Shown here piece by piece: positions 1 through 9,147 of a stretch of DNA of 32,000 nucleotides; the stretch's first letter is position 1, and the number at the start of each line of letters is the position of its first letter. Location: positions 120,001 to 152,000 of the forward strand of contig CP064967.1 in assembly GCA_016699265.1 (NCBI GenBank), given 5' to 3'. This DNA is from Candidatus Saccharimonadota bacterium. GTDB lineage: Bacteria; Patescibacteriota; Microgenomatia; UBA1406; GWC2-37-13. The notes under the pieces are model-generated. The model was not told where the DNA came from and made no database searches. It was given only the letters and a program-made list of their open reading frames with translations. The position numbers and the translations under genes were made by a program.

Positions 1-665
1 GAGTTTCCTGGTCGAGATTCGTATCCAGGAGATACTTTTTTTGTACATGCTAGACTGTTGGAAGCATCAGGAAACTACAGATCAAAAGACAATAAAGAGG
101 TATCTATAACCTGTTTTCCTGTGGTAGAGACAATTGAAGGCGATCTGACCGGCTACATATGTACAAATATTATGAGTATGACCGATGGTCATGTTTTTTA
201 TGATAGCAATGCGTACTTTAACGGGAGAAGGCCAGCGATTGAGCCATTACTTTCAGTAACTAGAGTAGGTAAGCAGGCTCAGTCATCACTTAAGCGTGAG
301 ATTAATCATGAGGTTTCGGTGTTTTTATCTGAGTACGAACGTTCACTTAACTACTCACATTTTGGTGCCGAACTCTCACAAAAGATTAAGGACATTATTA
401 AAAAGGGTGATTTGTTATATAAATTTTTTGACCAGAATTATGCGGAGCTCTTTCCAGAGGCAGTTCAGTTTGTTCTTTTCGCGCTAATATGGCTTAACAT
501 AACGGATAAAATTCCTAACGTTAATATTGCTAGGTGTAAACAGCAATTAAGTTCTGCATTTGTAGCTGAACAGAGTCGACAACTTTTCGATTTATCATTA
601 AATGCTAAGACGATGTACGAGTTATTAACGCGTGTTTCTCAGAATGAGCAGGAGTTTCTTACTAT

Positions 666-678
<13 letters not shown>
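1..678 (+). CDS. atpA: F1 ATP synthase alpha subunit, C-terminal part (5' end lies outside the window)
   Basis: Frame 1 is open from base 1 (EFPGRDSYPGDTFFVHARLLEAS...), so the TTG at 58 in the ORF track is internal. Conserved alpha motifs are present (PGD.F..H.RLLE, TN..S.TDG..F, RPAI....SV.RVG). The gene is followed by gamma, beta and epsilon. Confidence 0.93.
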
Positions 679-2928
<2,250 letters not shown>

Positions 2929-2932
2929 AACC

Positions 2933-3193
2933 ATGACTTCCTATGTAATTCATGTAGTTATTCAGGACCTCGCAAGGACGGTGTTTGAGGGTGACGTGTC
3001 TGCAATTAGTTCTATCAATGAAAAGGGGCCATTCGACATACTGTCTTTTCATGAGAATTTCATATCTCTTATTAAAGATCAGATTACTCTAACTCATCTG
3101 GACGGAGCGAAACAGCAAATAAAATTAAACGCAGGCGTTTTGAGAAATATGGATAATGTAGTGCAAATATTTATCGGAGTTGACACTCTTTAG
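2933..3193 (+). CDS. atpC: F1 ATP synthase epsilon subunit, short form (86 aa)
   Basis: Starts 4 nt after atpD in the canonical operon position. The size fits only the N-terminal beta-sandwich of epsilon; the sequence similarity itself is weak. Confidence 0.75.
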   Translation: MTSYVIHVVIQDLARTVFEGDVSAISSINEKGPFDILSFHENFISLIKDQITLTHLDGAKQQIKLNAGVLRNMDNVVQIFIGVDTL

Positions 3194-3885
3194 TTAATAA
3201 TTCGCGTTGCAAAGATAAGCTGTCTTTTTAGTGTAGTGCCTGGAGGCCAGCATGTCTGAAGAGTGAGAAACTCTTTGTTCGTTTTACGTGTAATATACTC
3301 TACCTGAGATGGGTCTACGATTTGTTTTGATACCACTTGATATCTATATCTTTGTCCTTTGTAGAACAAGTTTACCTCGTCGTTTTTCTCCAATTTATAA
3401 AGAAGATAAAATATGGCGTTATATGCTCCGACATTCCAAAAGTAATCGGTAGAATGTGCAAATAAGAAAATATGACCACCCTCGCCTGGAAAAGCAGTTC
3501 CTAAAGCATGTGCAACTCCGTACTTTAGAGCGCTAGAGTACTCCTCTTCGTTTGCAGAGTCCACATTGCCTATAATGTTAGAGTTGGCGCCTATCTTTGG
3601 GATCACAATACTGAAATTAGTATCCTGTGGGACAAGAACTTCACGCTGTGATCCGGTGAGCGCTTTGGCGAGAAGGCCTCTGCGGTCTTCTGGTTTCTGA
3701 GAAGGGAAAGGCGAAGTTGTGCTTACGACATATGATTTATTTAGTGACGTATTCAAAGTGTACTGAAGCTCTTGTTTTAATGGCAAGTAGAACGTCTTAA
3801 TCATCAAAACGAGAGATGAAATAATAAGAACATTGCCGATAGTGCGAAGAAGAAGAATTTTATTATATTCAGACTTAGAAGTCAT
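3190..3885 (-). CDS. sortase-family transpeptidase
   Basis: N-terminal TM helix, conserved His context (IFLFAHS), catalytic Cys motif TLQTC and a downstream Arg (TLKRQLIFATR). Its stop overlaps the atpC stop by 4 nt in a convergent arrangement. Confidence 0.8.
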   Translation of the reverse strand: MTSKSEYNKILLLRTIGNVLIISSLVLMIKTFYLPLKQELQYTLNTSLNKSYVVSTTSPFPSQKPEDRRGLLAKALTGSQREVLVPQDTNFSIVIPKIGANSNIIGNVDSANEEEYSSALKYGVAHALGTAFPGEGGHIFLFAHSTDYFWNVGAYNAIFYLLYKLEKNDEVNLFYKGQRYRYQVVSKQIVDPSQVEYITRKTNKEFLTLQTCWPPGTTLKRQLIFATRIIN

Positions 3886-3995
3886 AGTAATTTGAATTTT
3901 TTAATTTTTAATTTTTATTCAATTTTTAAGTTCAAATTTTTAATTACTAATTTAATAATAATTAAGAAATAAGAAATAAATATTAGACATCTAAA
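3886..3995. repeat. AT-rich low-complexity word tract (intergenic)
   Basis: Built from variations on aatttttaa / ttcaaatt. It contains the 12-mer TTAATTTTTATT (3908-3919), which also occurs at 16564-16575 and 26613-26624. Confidence 0.6.
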
Positions 3996-4019
3996 ACTGT
4001 GCCATCGAGAGGAATTGCC

Positions 4020-4061
4020 CCGACGATCGTTGTCGTCGGGATCCCGACGTACCGTCGGGAA
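4020..4061. repeat. two tandem GC-rich hairpins sharing the core CCCGACG/CGTCGGG
   Basis: Hairpin A: 4020-4027 cccgacga pairs with 4034-4041 tcgtcggg, with a 6-nt loop. Hairpin B: 4043-4050 tcccgacg pairs with 4054-4061 cgtcggga, with a 3-nt loop. Both lie just downstream of the minus-strand tRNA-Arg. Confidence 0.8.
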
Positions 4062-4096
4062 ACCCCCTAGGTGAATCATACTAAATAATCTAGTTG

Positions 4097-4168
4097 TGCC
4101 GCCGGGAAGAATTGAACTCCCATCTTTCCCTTAGGACGGGATTGCTCTATCCGTTGAGCTACGACGGC
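4097..4168 (-). tRNA. tRNA-Arg (anticodon CCT)
   Basis: The reverse complement GCCGTCGTAGCTCAACGGATAGAGCAATCCCGTCCTAAGGGAAAGATGGGAGTTCAATTCTTCCCGGCGGCA folds as a cloverleaf by hand. Acceptor is GCCGTCG/CGGCGGC, T-arm is GGGAG-TTCAATT-CTTCC, anticodon loop is GTCCTAA. No encoded CCA. Confidence 0.8.
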
Positions 4169-4265
4169 TGATCATATGTTATCAGTTGTCGGACATCAGT
4201 TGTCAGAATTTATCAAAATCAAACTTAAATAACCGATTGCTGATAGCTGAAAACTAAAATCCCTA

Positions 4266-5549
4266 TTACCTGATTCCGACTTCGTAGATGTCGGGTAAGG
4301 GATTCTGAAGTGGGTTTAGATTAGAGAGAATTAAGAGTTGGCCTGCTGAAGTTATTGCGAAAAATCGTTGCGAAAGTGGACCAGAGTAGATCGCTTGTTT
4401 TGCGGTTCCGTCATAGTCTGATAATGTAATCTGTTTTACCTCTCCAAACACGAGGTGACTCGAATCTGAGTACCAACGAATTGACTCTATTTCTTTGTCT
4501 GAGCTACCTATTTCGAAGTTTTTATCTTCCTTACGGTCATATACGTACACGTGGTCTTGCAGAAGTTGACGTGATTCTGTGGTTTGGTTCGATCCAATAA
4601 GTGGTGGAACTATTACCATAGGCAAATTTACCGTTCTTTTTGCCCTATAAAGAACTTTCGTCTGGTCAGGTGAGTGTCTGGCCATCGAAAAGGAGTCACT
4701 AGCTATTTTTCGAATTTCTTTTGGATAAGCTTCAAAAATTTTTTGCAGCTCCTTTTTATGTTCTTTCTCCCATGCAGAAAGTAAAGCCTGCTTCGATTCG
4801 GTCACATTAAGAGGAATCTGATTCTCTTGATCAAGAGAGATGAGGTAGGATACAGAGCTATCTTCCTGTAGGAGAGTAATGATTGCCTGCTTATAATCAT
4901 GCGAAAATTCTACGTTTGAGTCCGAAAAACTACCAGACTGAAGTAGAGATGATTTTAAGGCGAGTCTTTTTAAAGGTTGAAAAATGTTGAGTGGAGTTCG
5001 GGACGCCTCAAATGCATAGATGCCATCTGTTTCTAAGTTGCCATTCTCAGAGAATAGCAGAATTTTATCTGAAGAATCGATTTCTTCCGCCTTTGTTATG
5101 CCCAAATTAGTAAGAGGAGAGAGCGAGGGATTTAGGGGAAATAGTACTGGATTGACTACCTCAACTATTTCTCCTCGAAGTTTTAGCGTAGTAGAGTAAG
5201 GAGTGTATCCTTCTTTTTTTACCTCTACTGTATAAGTTCCAGGAGATAAAGAGAGATTGAGGTCGGTGGCGCCTCTAAAATCCCCGTTAATATAGACTTT
5301 GGCAGCTCTGGGCGTTGAGCTTACTGCAAGTATTCCTGTCGAGGAAAGCTGCTTTCTGACAGGATCGAATCTGTATCCACGAGCATAGAGAATAACACCG
5401 ATAGAAAAGACTATGAATAACGAAAGAAGAGTGGTACGAATTAGGTGTTCTGACACTTGATCTGATTTGATATACTTTAGATGTTTTTTGATACTGTAAT
5501 ATTGGCTTTTTTTTGTTTTCACGGCAAGGATATTATACAATAAATTCAC
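4266..5549 (-). CDS. PEGA-domain membrane-anchored protein
   Basis: GTG start and one N-terminal TM helix. A PEGA-like segment follows (AAKVYINGDFRGATDLNLSLSPGTYTVEVKKEGYTPY). The rest has no recognisable family. Confidence 0.7.
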   Translation of the reverse strand: MNLLYNILAVKTKKSQYYSIKKHLKYIKSDQVSEHLIRTTLLSLFIVFSIGVILYARGYRFDPVRKQLSSTGILAVSSTPRAAKVYINGDFRGATDLNLSLSPGTYTVEVKKEGYTPYSTTLKLRGEIVEVVNPVLFPLNPSLSPLTNLGITKAEEIDSSDKILLFSENGNLETDGIYAFEASRTPLNIFQPLKRLALKSSLLQSGSFSDSNVEFSHDYKQAIITLLQEDSSVSYLISLDQENQIPLNVTESKQALLSAWEKEHKKELQKIFEAYPKEIRKIASDSFSMARHSPDQTKVLYRAKRTVNLPMVIVPPLIGSNQTTESRQLLQDHVYVYDRKEDKNFEIGSSDKEIESIRWYSDSSHLVFGEVKQITLSDYDGTAKQAIYSGPLSQRFFAITSAGQLLILSNLNPLQNPLPDIYEVGIR

Positions 5550-5637
5550 TAATTTTTAGTTTGAAATTTTCAATTTTTTTATTCAAGATCTAATGTCTAG
5601 TTCTTAAACGCTAAAAATTGAAAATTGATTTCAAACT
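5550..5637. repeat. AT-rich word tract preceding palindrome copy 1
   Basis: Contains words such as tttgaaattttcaattttt and aaaattgaaaattgatttcaaact. The vocabulary matches the tracts at 3886, 12006 and 16536. Confidence 0.55.
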
Positions 5638-5657
5638 CCTGCCTGCCGGCAGGCAAG
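5638..5657. repeat. GC-rich palindrome, copy 1 (CCTGCCTGCCGGCAGGCAAG)
   Basis: 19/20 match to the perfect palindrome CCTGCCTGCCGGCAGGCAGG. It is flanked by gatttcaaact on the left and gaatttcaaatt on the right. Confidence 0.9.
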
Positions 5658-5677
5658 CCGAATTTCAAATTGATTAT

Positions 5678-6694
5678 ATGGGTTTTTTCAGTCGCAAACG
5701 TATAGGAATCGATCTAGGAACCGCAAACACGCTCGTCTATGTGCAGGGTAAGGGAATAGTATTGAATGAGCCAACTGTGGTTGCTTATTCGTTGGAAGAC
5801 AGGAGAATTCTTACGGTTGGGAACGATGCAAAGCAGATGCTCGGTAGAACTCCAGGCTCAATAATAGCTTCACGTCCAATGAGAGAGGGCGTCATAGCCG
5901 ACTATACGACTACATCTGCCATGATAACCTACTTTATTAAAAAAGCCGTACAGGGTAAGACGATGTGGACAGATGTCATGATCTCGATACCTGGAGGCTC
6001 GTCGCAGGTTGAAAAGCGAGCGGTCGTATCGGCATGTAAGCAGGCTGGAGCAAAAGATGTTTATCTTATTGAGGAGCCGCTTGCTGCTGCAATAGGCGCA
6101 AAGATTCCCATTTCTCAGGCATCTGGCCATATGATAGTTAATATGGGCGGAGGAACCGCTGAGATTGCTATCATTTCCTTAGGGCAGCTTGTTGCATATA
6201 AAACAGTTCGGGTTGCTGGTACAAAGATTGATGAGGCGATTATGCAGCATCTGCGAAAGAAGCACAATGTAGTTGTGGGTGAGAGGACTGCAGAGGAAGT
6301 AAAGATAAAAATAGGGAGCGCCTTTATAGAAGAGGGTGATGGATATGTTGAGCGTACCACTGAGGTTCGGGGTAGAGATATTCAGACCGGACTTCCACGT
6401 ATTCTTGAGATTGGTGAGAAGTCGATAAACGAAGGTATACAGAAACCACTCAAGCAAATACTGGAGGGCATTAAGGAAGTACTTGGTATGGCTCCACCTG
6501 AACTAGCTGCAGACATCGTAGATAAAGGAATAGTGCTGTCCGGAGGTACGGCTCTTCTTCATAATCTAAACAGATATATTACCTACTACACGGGCGTATC
6601 GGCTTTTGTGGTTGAAGACCCTTTGTTTTGCGTAATTCGTGGCGTTGGAGTAACTATTGAGAATCTAGATAGCTTCAAAAATGCTATCAAATAA
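5678..6694 (+). CDS. mreB: rod-shape determining actin homolog MreB
   Basis: The N-terminus MGFFSRKRIGIDLGTANT is canonical, and NEPS/EP.AAAIG, GGGT.E and LSGGGALL-type motifs are present. The ATG at 5678 is preferred because the track start at 5618 reads through the palindromic repeat. Confidence 0.93.
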   Translation: MGFFSRKRIGIDLGTANTLVYVQGKGIVLNEPTVVAYSLEDRRILTVGNDAKQMLGRTPGSIIASRPMREGVIADYTTTSAMITYFIKKAVQGKTMWTDVMISIPGGSSQVEKRAVVSACKQAGAKDVYLIEEPLAAAIGAKIPISQASGHMIVNMGGGTAEIAIISLGQLVAYKTVRVAGTKIDEAIMQHLRKKHNVVVGERTAEEVKIKIGSAFIEEGDGYVERTTEVRGRDIQTGLPRILEIGEKSINEGIQKPLKQILEGIKEVLGMAPPELAADIVDKGIVLSGGTALLHNLNRYITYYTGVSAFVVEDPLFCVIRGVGVTIENLDSFKNAIK

Positions 6695-6908
6695 CCTATA
6701 ATGCTAATAAAGTATTTTGAGGCTGTTGTGGTTAGCCGTCTTAAGCGTAGATAGAAAGAAAATGTAAATAGTATTTCGTTTATCTATAAATAAAAAACGT
6801 ACTGAAATATAGTTTAGACCGAGTCAACATTCAAAAGTATAGTAAATATATTTGAACAAAAGATAATTATAAATTATAAAAGTTTGACAAAAAATATATA
6901 TAGTAAAT

Positions 6909-7670
6909 ATGAATAAAAAAGCCAACAGAAGTATTTTAGGAGTATCGGTGAATATGGACCCAACCAATTATATCCTAGAGAATATTAAAAAAGGTCTATT
7001 GTCTCAGCGAGTATTTACTCATGTTGTCTCTCTGAACCCTGAAAACATAGTTCTGACCCTACATGACGACCTATTTAAGAGGATTGTACTTGAAGCCGAG
7101 ATTACCATAAATGATGGTATTGGGATTGTCCTAGCAAGCCAAATGCTATTTGGATCATTCGTGCCTAGATTGACCGGAGTTGAGCTCATGCAAAAACTCA
7201 TAAATGAGGCTGCTAATGAGAGCCTCAGGGTGCTGTTAATAGGCGGAAACTCAAAATTGGCAGAAGAGCTAGCAGACTGCTATAGTCGAAGCTATCCAGC
7301 TTCAAAATTTAAAGGTATAGTTGGCTTCAAAGACATAAAGCATCCAACATCTGGCGAGCAAAAAGAGATCCTTTCTATAGTGACTGCTCTGAGGCCACAT
7401 CTGATCTTCGTTGCATTTGGTTCTCCATACCAAGAGAAATGGATATATGAGAATAGAGCGTCACTACAAGGAATAACCTGCATTGGTGTTGGGGGAGCTT
7501 TCGACTTCTTGAGCGGAAGAGTTGCTCGAGCACCGAAGCTGATTCAGAGTATAGGTCTTGAGTGGCTGTACAGACTAATGCGTCAGCCTTGGAGATGGCG
7601 ACGTCAGCTTCAGTTACCGGTATTTATTTACTTGGTATTAAAGCAGAAATTTTCGAGGTCTGAAGGTTGA
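6909..7670 (+). CDS. WecG/TagA/CpsF-family glycosyltransferase (GT26)
   Basis: Family hallmarks are RVLLIGG, IFVAFGSPYQEKW, GVGGAFDFLSGRV.RAP and GLEWLYRL..P.RW.R. The start could be a downstream Met. Confidence 0.85.
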   Translation: MNKKANRSILGVSVNMDPTNYILENIKKGLLSQRVFTHVVSLNPENIVLTLHDDLFKRIVLEAEITINDGIGIVLASQMLFGSFVPRLTGVELMQKLINEAANESLRVLLIGGNSKLAEELADCYSRSYPASKFKGIVGFKDIKHPTSGEQKEILSIVTALRPHLIFVAFGSPYQEKWIYENRASLQGITCIGVGGAFDFLSGRVARAPKLIQSIGLEWLYRLMRQPWRWRRQLQLPVFIYLVLKQKFSRSEG

Positions 7671-7791
7671 GATGGATAGTTTAACTATCGTCGATCCTTA
7701 TCGGATTGCCATGACAATCTAAAAATAAAAATCCCCGTAAAATCGATTTTAAGCCCTTTTTTTTGAAAACTGCGCTCTATAATAGGGAGAT

Positions 7792-8619
7792 ATGAAGATA
7801 GAACTACAAAAAGTCCTGAAATATTTCAATTGTTTTGAGTATTCACCGTCCTTTGAGGAGATTTATACCTTTTATCCCAGGAAAGCAAACCAAAAAAGGC
7901 TAAAGGAATATATTGACAAGACGTATAGACATACTCTAGGGGAGTATGGTATCGAGTCAAAAGTTAAACGTCAAAAGTCGAAAGTTTCATTGAATAAGCT
8001 TCATAAAGTCAAGAATTATTTGGATATCATAGCGTCTTTTCCACAGATTAGATTGATCGGACTATCTGGAAGCGTAGCAATGCTGAATGCAAAAGAGAAT
8101 GATGATATAGATTTGTTTATGGTGAGCGCTAAAAATAGACTGTGGACAACAAGATTCATAGTTAACATAGCTGCATTGCTTTACGGACTAAAGAGAGGAA
8201 GATATGAAAAACAAGCGAAAGATAAAATTTGCTTAAATCTTTTTTTTAGCGAAGATCATTTGAGAATTGAAAAAAAACTAAGAACTGAGTATATGGCCCA
8301 TGAGGTGCTACAGATGAGGCCAATTTTGGATGTAAATCAGACGTACAGGAAGTTTTTAAGAGATAACGACTGGATACTCTCATTCTTTCCTAACGTGCGG
8401 CTAAGCCGATATCTGCCGAGCAACGCGTCATCTATTAGATTTGTATCCAAAAGTTGGGTTCATTCTGGTTCCGTACTATTCGGAAATATACTGGAGATGA
8501 TTTTGAGAAAAGCTCAGCTCTTATATATGGCTCACCCAAAAGGGGAGGAACGAATTGAGATAGGACAGCTCTGGTTTCATCCACGAGATTACAGCCGAAT
8601 TGTGAAGAGTAAGGTATAA
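7792..8619 (+). CDS. hypothetical protein with a Pol-beta-type nucleotidyltransferase signature
   Basis: GLSGSVAMLNAKENDDIDLFMV fits the hG[GS]-x(9-13)-D.D NTase motif. TATAAT (7778-7783) and GGGAG lie just upstream of the ATG. Confidence 0.55.
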   Translation: MKIELQKVLKYFNCFEYSPSFEEIYTFYPRKANQKRLKEYIDKTYRHTLGEYGIESKVKRQKSKVSLNKLHKVKNYLDIIASFPQIRLIGLSGSVAMLNAKENDDIDLFMVSAKNRLWTTRFIVNIAALLYGLKRGRYEKQAKDKICLNLFFSEDHLRIEKKLRTEYMAHEVLQMRPILDVNQTYRKFLRDNDWILSFFPNVRLSRYLPSNASSIRFVSKSWVHSGSVLFGNILEMILRKAQLLYMAHPKGEERIEIGQLWFHPRDYSRIVKSKV

Positions 8620-8630
8620 TTACCTTATCC

Positions 8631-8654
8631 GCCAGAGTGTTGGAATTGGCAGAC
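8631..8654 (+). pseudogene. tRNA-Leu-like 5' fragment (acceptor plus D-arm only)
   Basis: GCCAGAGTGTTGGAATTGGCAGAC matches the first 24 nt of the intact tRNA-Leu at 8939 at 18/24 positions, and the D-loop block GGAA.TGGCAGAC at 12/13. No anticodon arm, T-arm or 3' acceptor follows. Confidence 0.4.
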
Positions 8655-8673
8655 CTGCCTGCCGGCAGGCAGG
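8654..8673. repeat. GC-rich palindrome, copy 2 (perfect 20 bp)
   Basis: CCTGCCTGCCGGCAGGCAGG, immediately 3' of the tRNA-like fragment and 16 nt upstream of the GIY-YIG ORF. Confidence 0.92.
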
Positions 8674-8689
8674 CAAGCACGATTGACAT

Positions 8690-8935
8690 ATGTGGTTTGT
8701 TTATGTTTTGCAAGGTGTTAAATCTAAGACATTTTACAAAGGATTAACAAATGATTTAGATAGAAGAATCGCTCAGCATTTTCTTGGAAGGAACCAAACT
8801 ACTAGAAAAATGTTGCCCGTAAGACTACTACATGTAGAGTTTTGTAGTTCTAGATTAGAGGCGAGAAATTTAGAAAAATTTTACAAATCGGGATTCGGAA
8901 GAGAAGTTTTGAAAGAAATAGCAGATAGTTTATAA
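8690..8935 (+). CDS. small GIY-YIG nuclease-superfamily protein (81 aa)
   Basis: WFVYVLQ...FYKGLTNDLDRRIAQH....N fits the GIY-YIG (YhbQ/UPF0213-like) pattern. The gene ends 3 nt before tRNA-Leu. Confidence 0.8.
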   Translation: MWFVYVLQGVKSKTFYKGLTNDLDRRIAQHFLGRNQTTRKMLPVRLLHVEFCSSRLEARNLEKFYKSGFGREVLKEIADSL

Positions 8936-8938
8936 AAT

Positions 8939-9022
8939 GCCGAGGTGGCGGAACTGGCAGACGCGCACGCTTCAGAAGCGTGTTCTGGCAACGGAGTGTG
9001 GGTTCAACTCCCACCCTCGGCA
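8939..9022 (+). tRNA. tRNA-Leu (anticodon CAG), class II
   Basis: Acceptor GCCGAGG/CCTCGGC, anticodon arm CACGC-TTCAGAA-GCGTG, long variable arm, T-arm GTGGG-TTCAACT-CCCAC. Confidence 0.9.
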
Positions 9023-9048
9023 CCCGGTGTTTGGTAGAATACATGTTA

Positions 9049-9137
9049 GGAGAGGTCGCATAGCCCGGTCCATTGCGAGGGTTTGCTAAACCCTTGAGCC
9101 TTAACAGCTCGCGTGGGTTCAAATCCCACCCTCTCCG
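9049..9137 (+). tRNA. tRNA-Ser (anticodon GCT), class II
   Basis: Acceptor GGAGAGG/CCTCTCC, anticodon arm AGGGT-TTGCTAA-ACCCT, long variable arm (GAGC...GCTC), T-arm GTGGG-TTCAAAT-CCCAC. Confidence 0.9.
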
Positions 9138-9147
9138 CAGAAGAAAG

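Noticed and set aside
3886-3995. AT-rich repetitive tracts (also at 5550, 12006, 16536 and 26581) considered as a possible CRISPR array or tandem repeat locus.
   Set aside because: There is no regular repeat-spacer periodicity and no cas genes. The words are degenerate and of variable spacing.
5618-5677. A 20-codon N-terminal extension of MreB in the ORF track (MKIDFKLLPAGRQAEFQIDY).
   Set aside because: It is translated from the AT-rich tract and palindrome copy 1. The canonical MreB N-terminus begins at ATG 5678.
8631-8938. The tRNA-like fragment plus downstream sequence, considered as one intron-containing tRNA-Leu hosting the GIY-YIG ORF.
   Set aside because: The fragment's D-stem does not pair. 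No matching 3' acceptor (CTCTGGC) or T-arm follows. The downstream tRNA-Leu is complete on its own.
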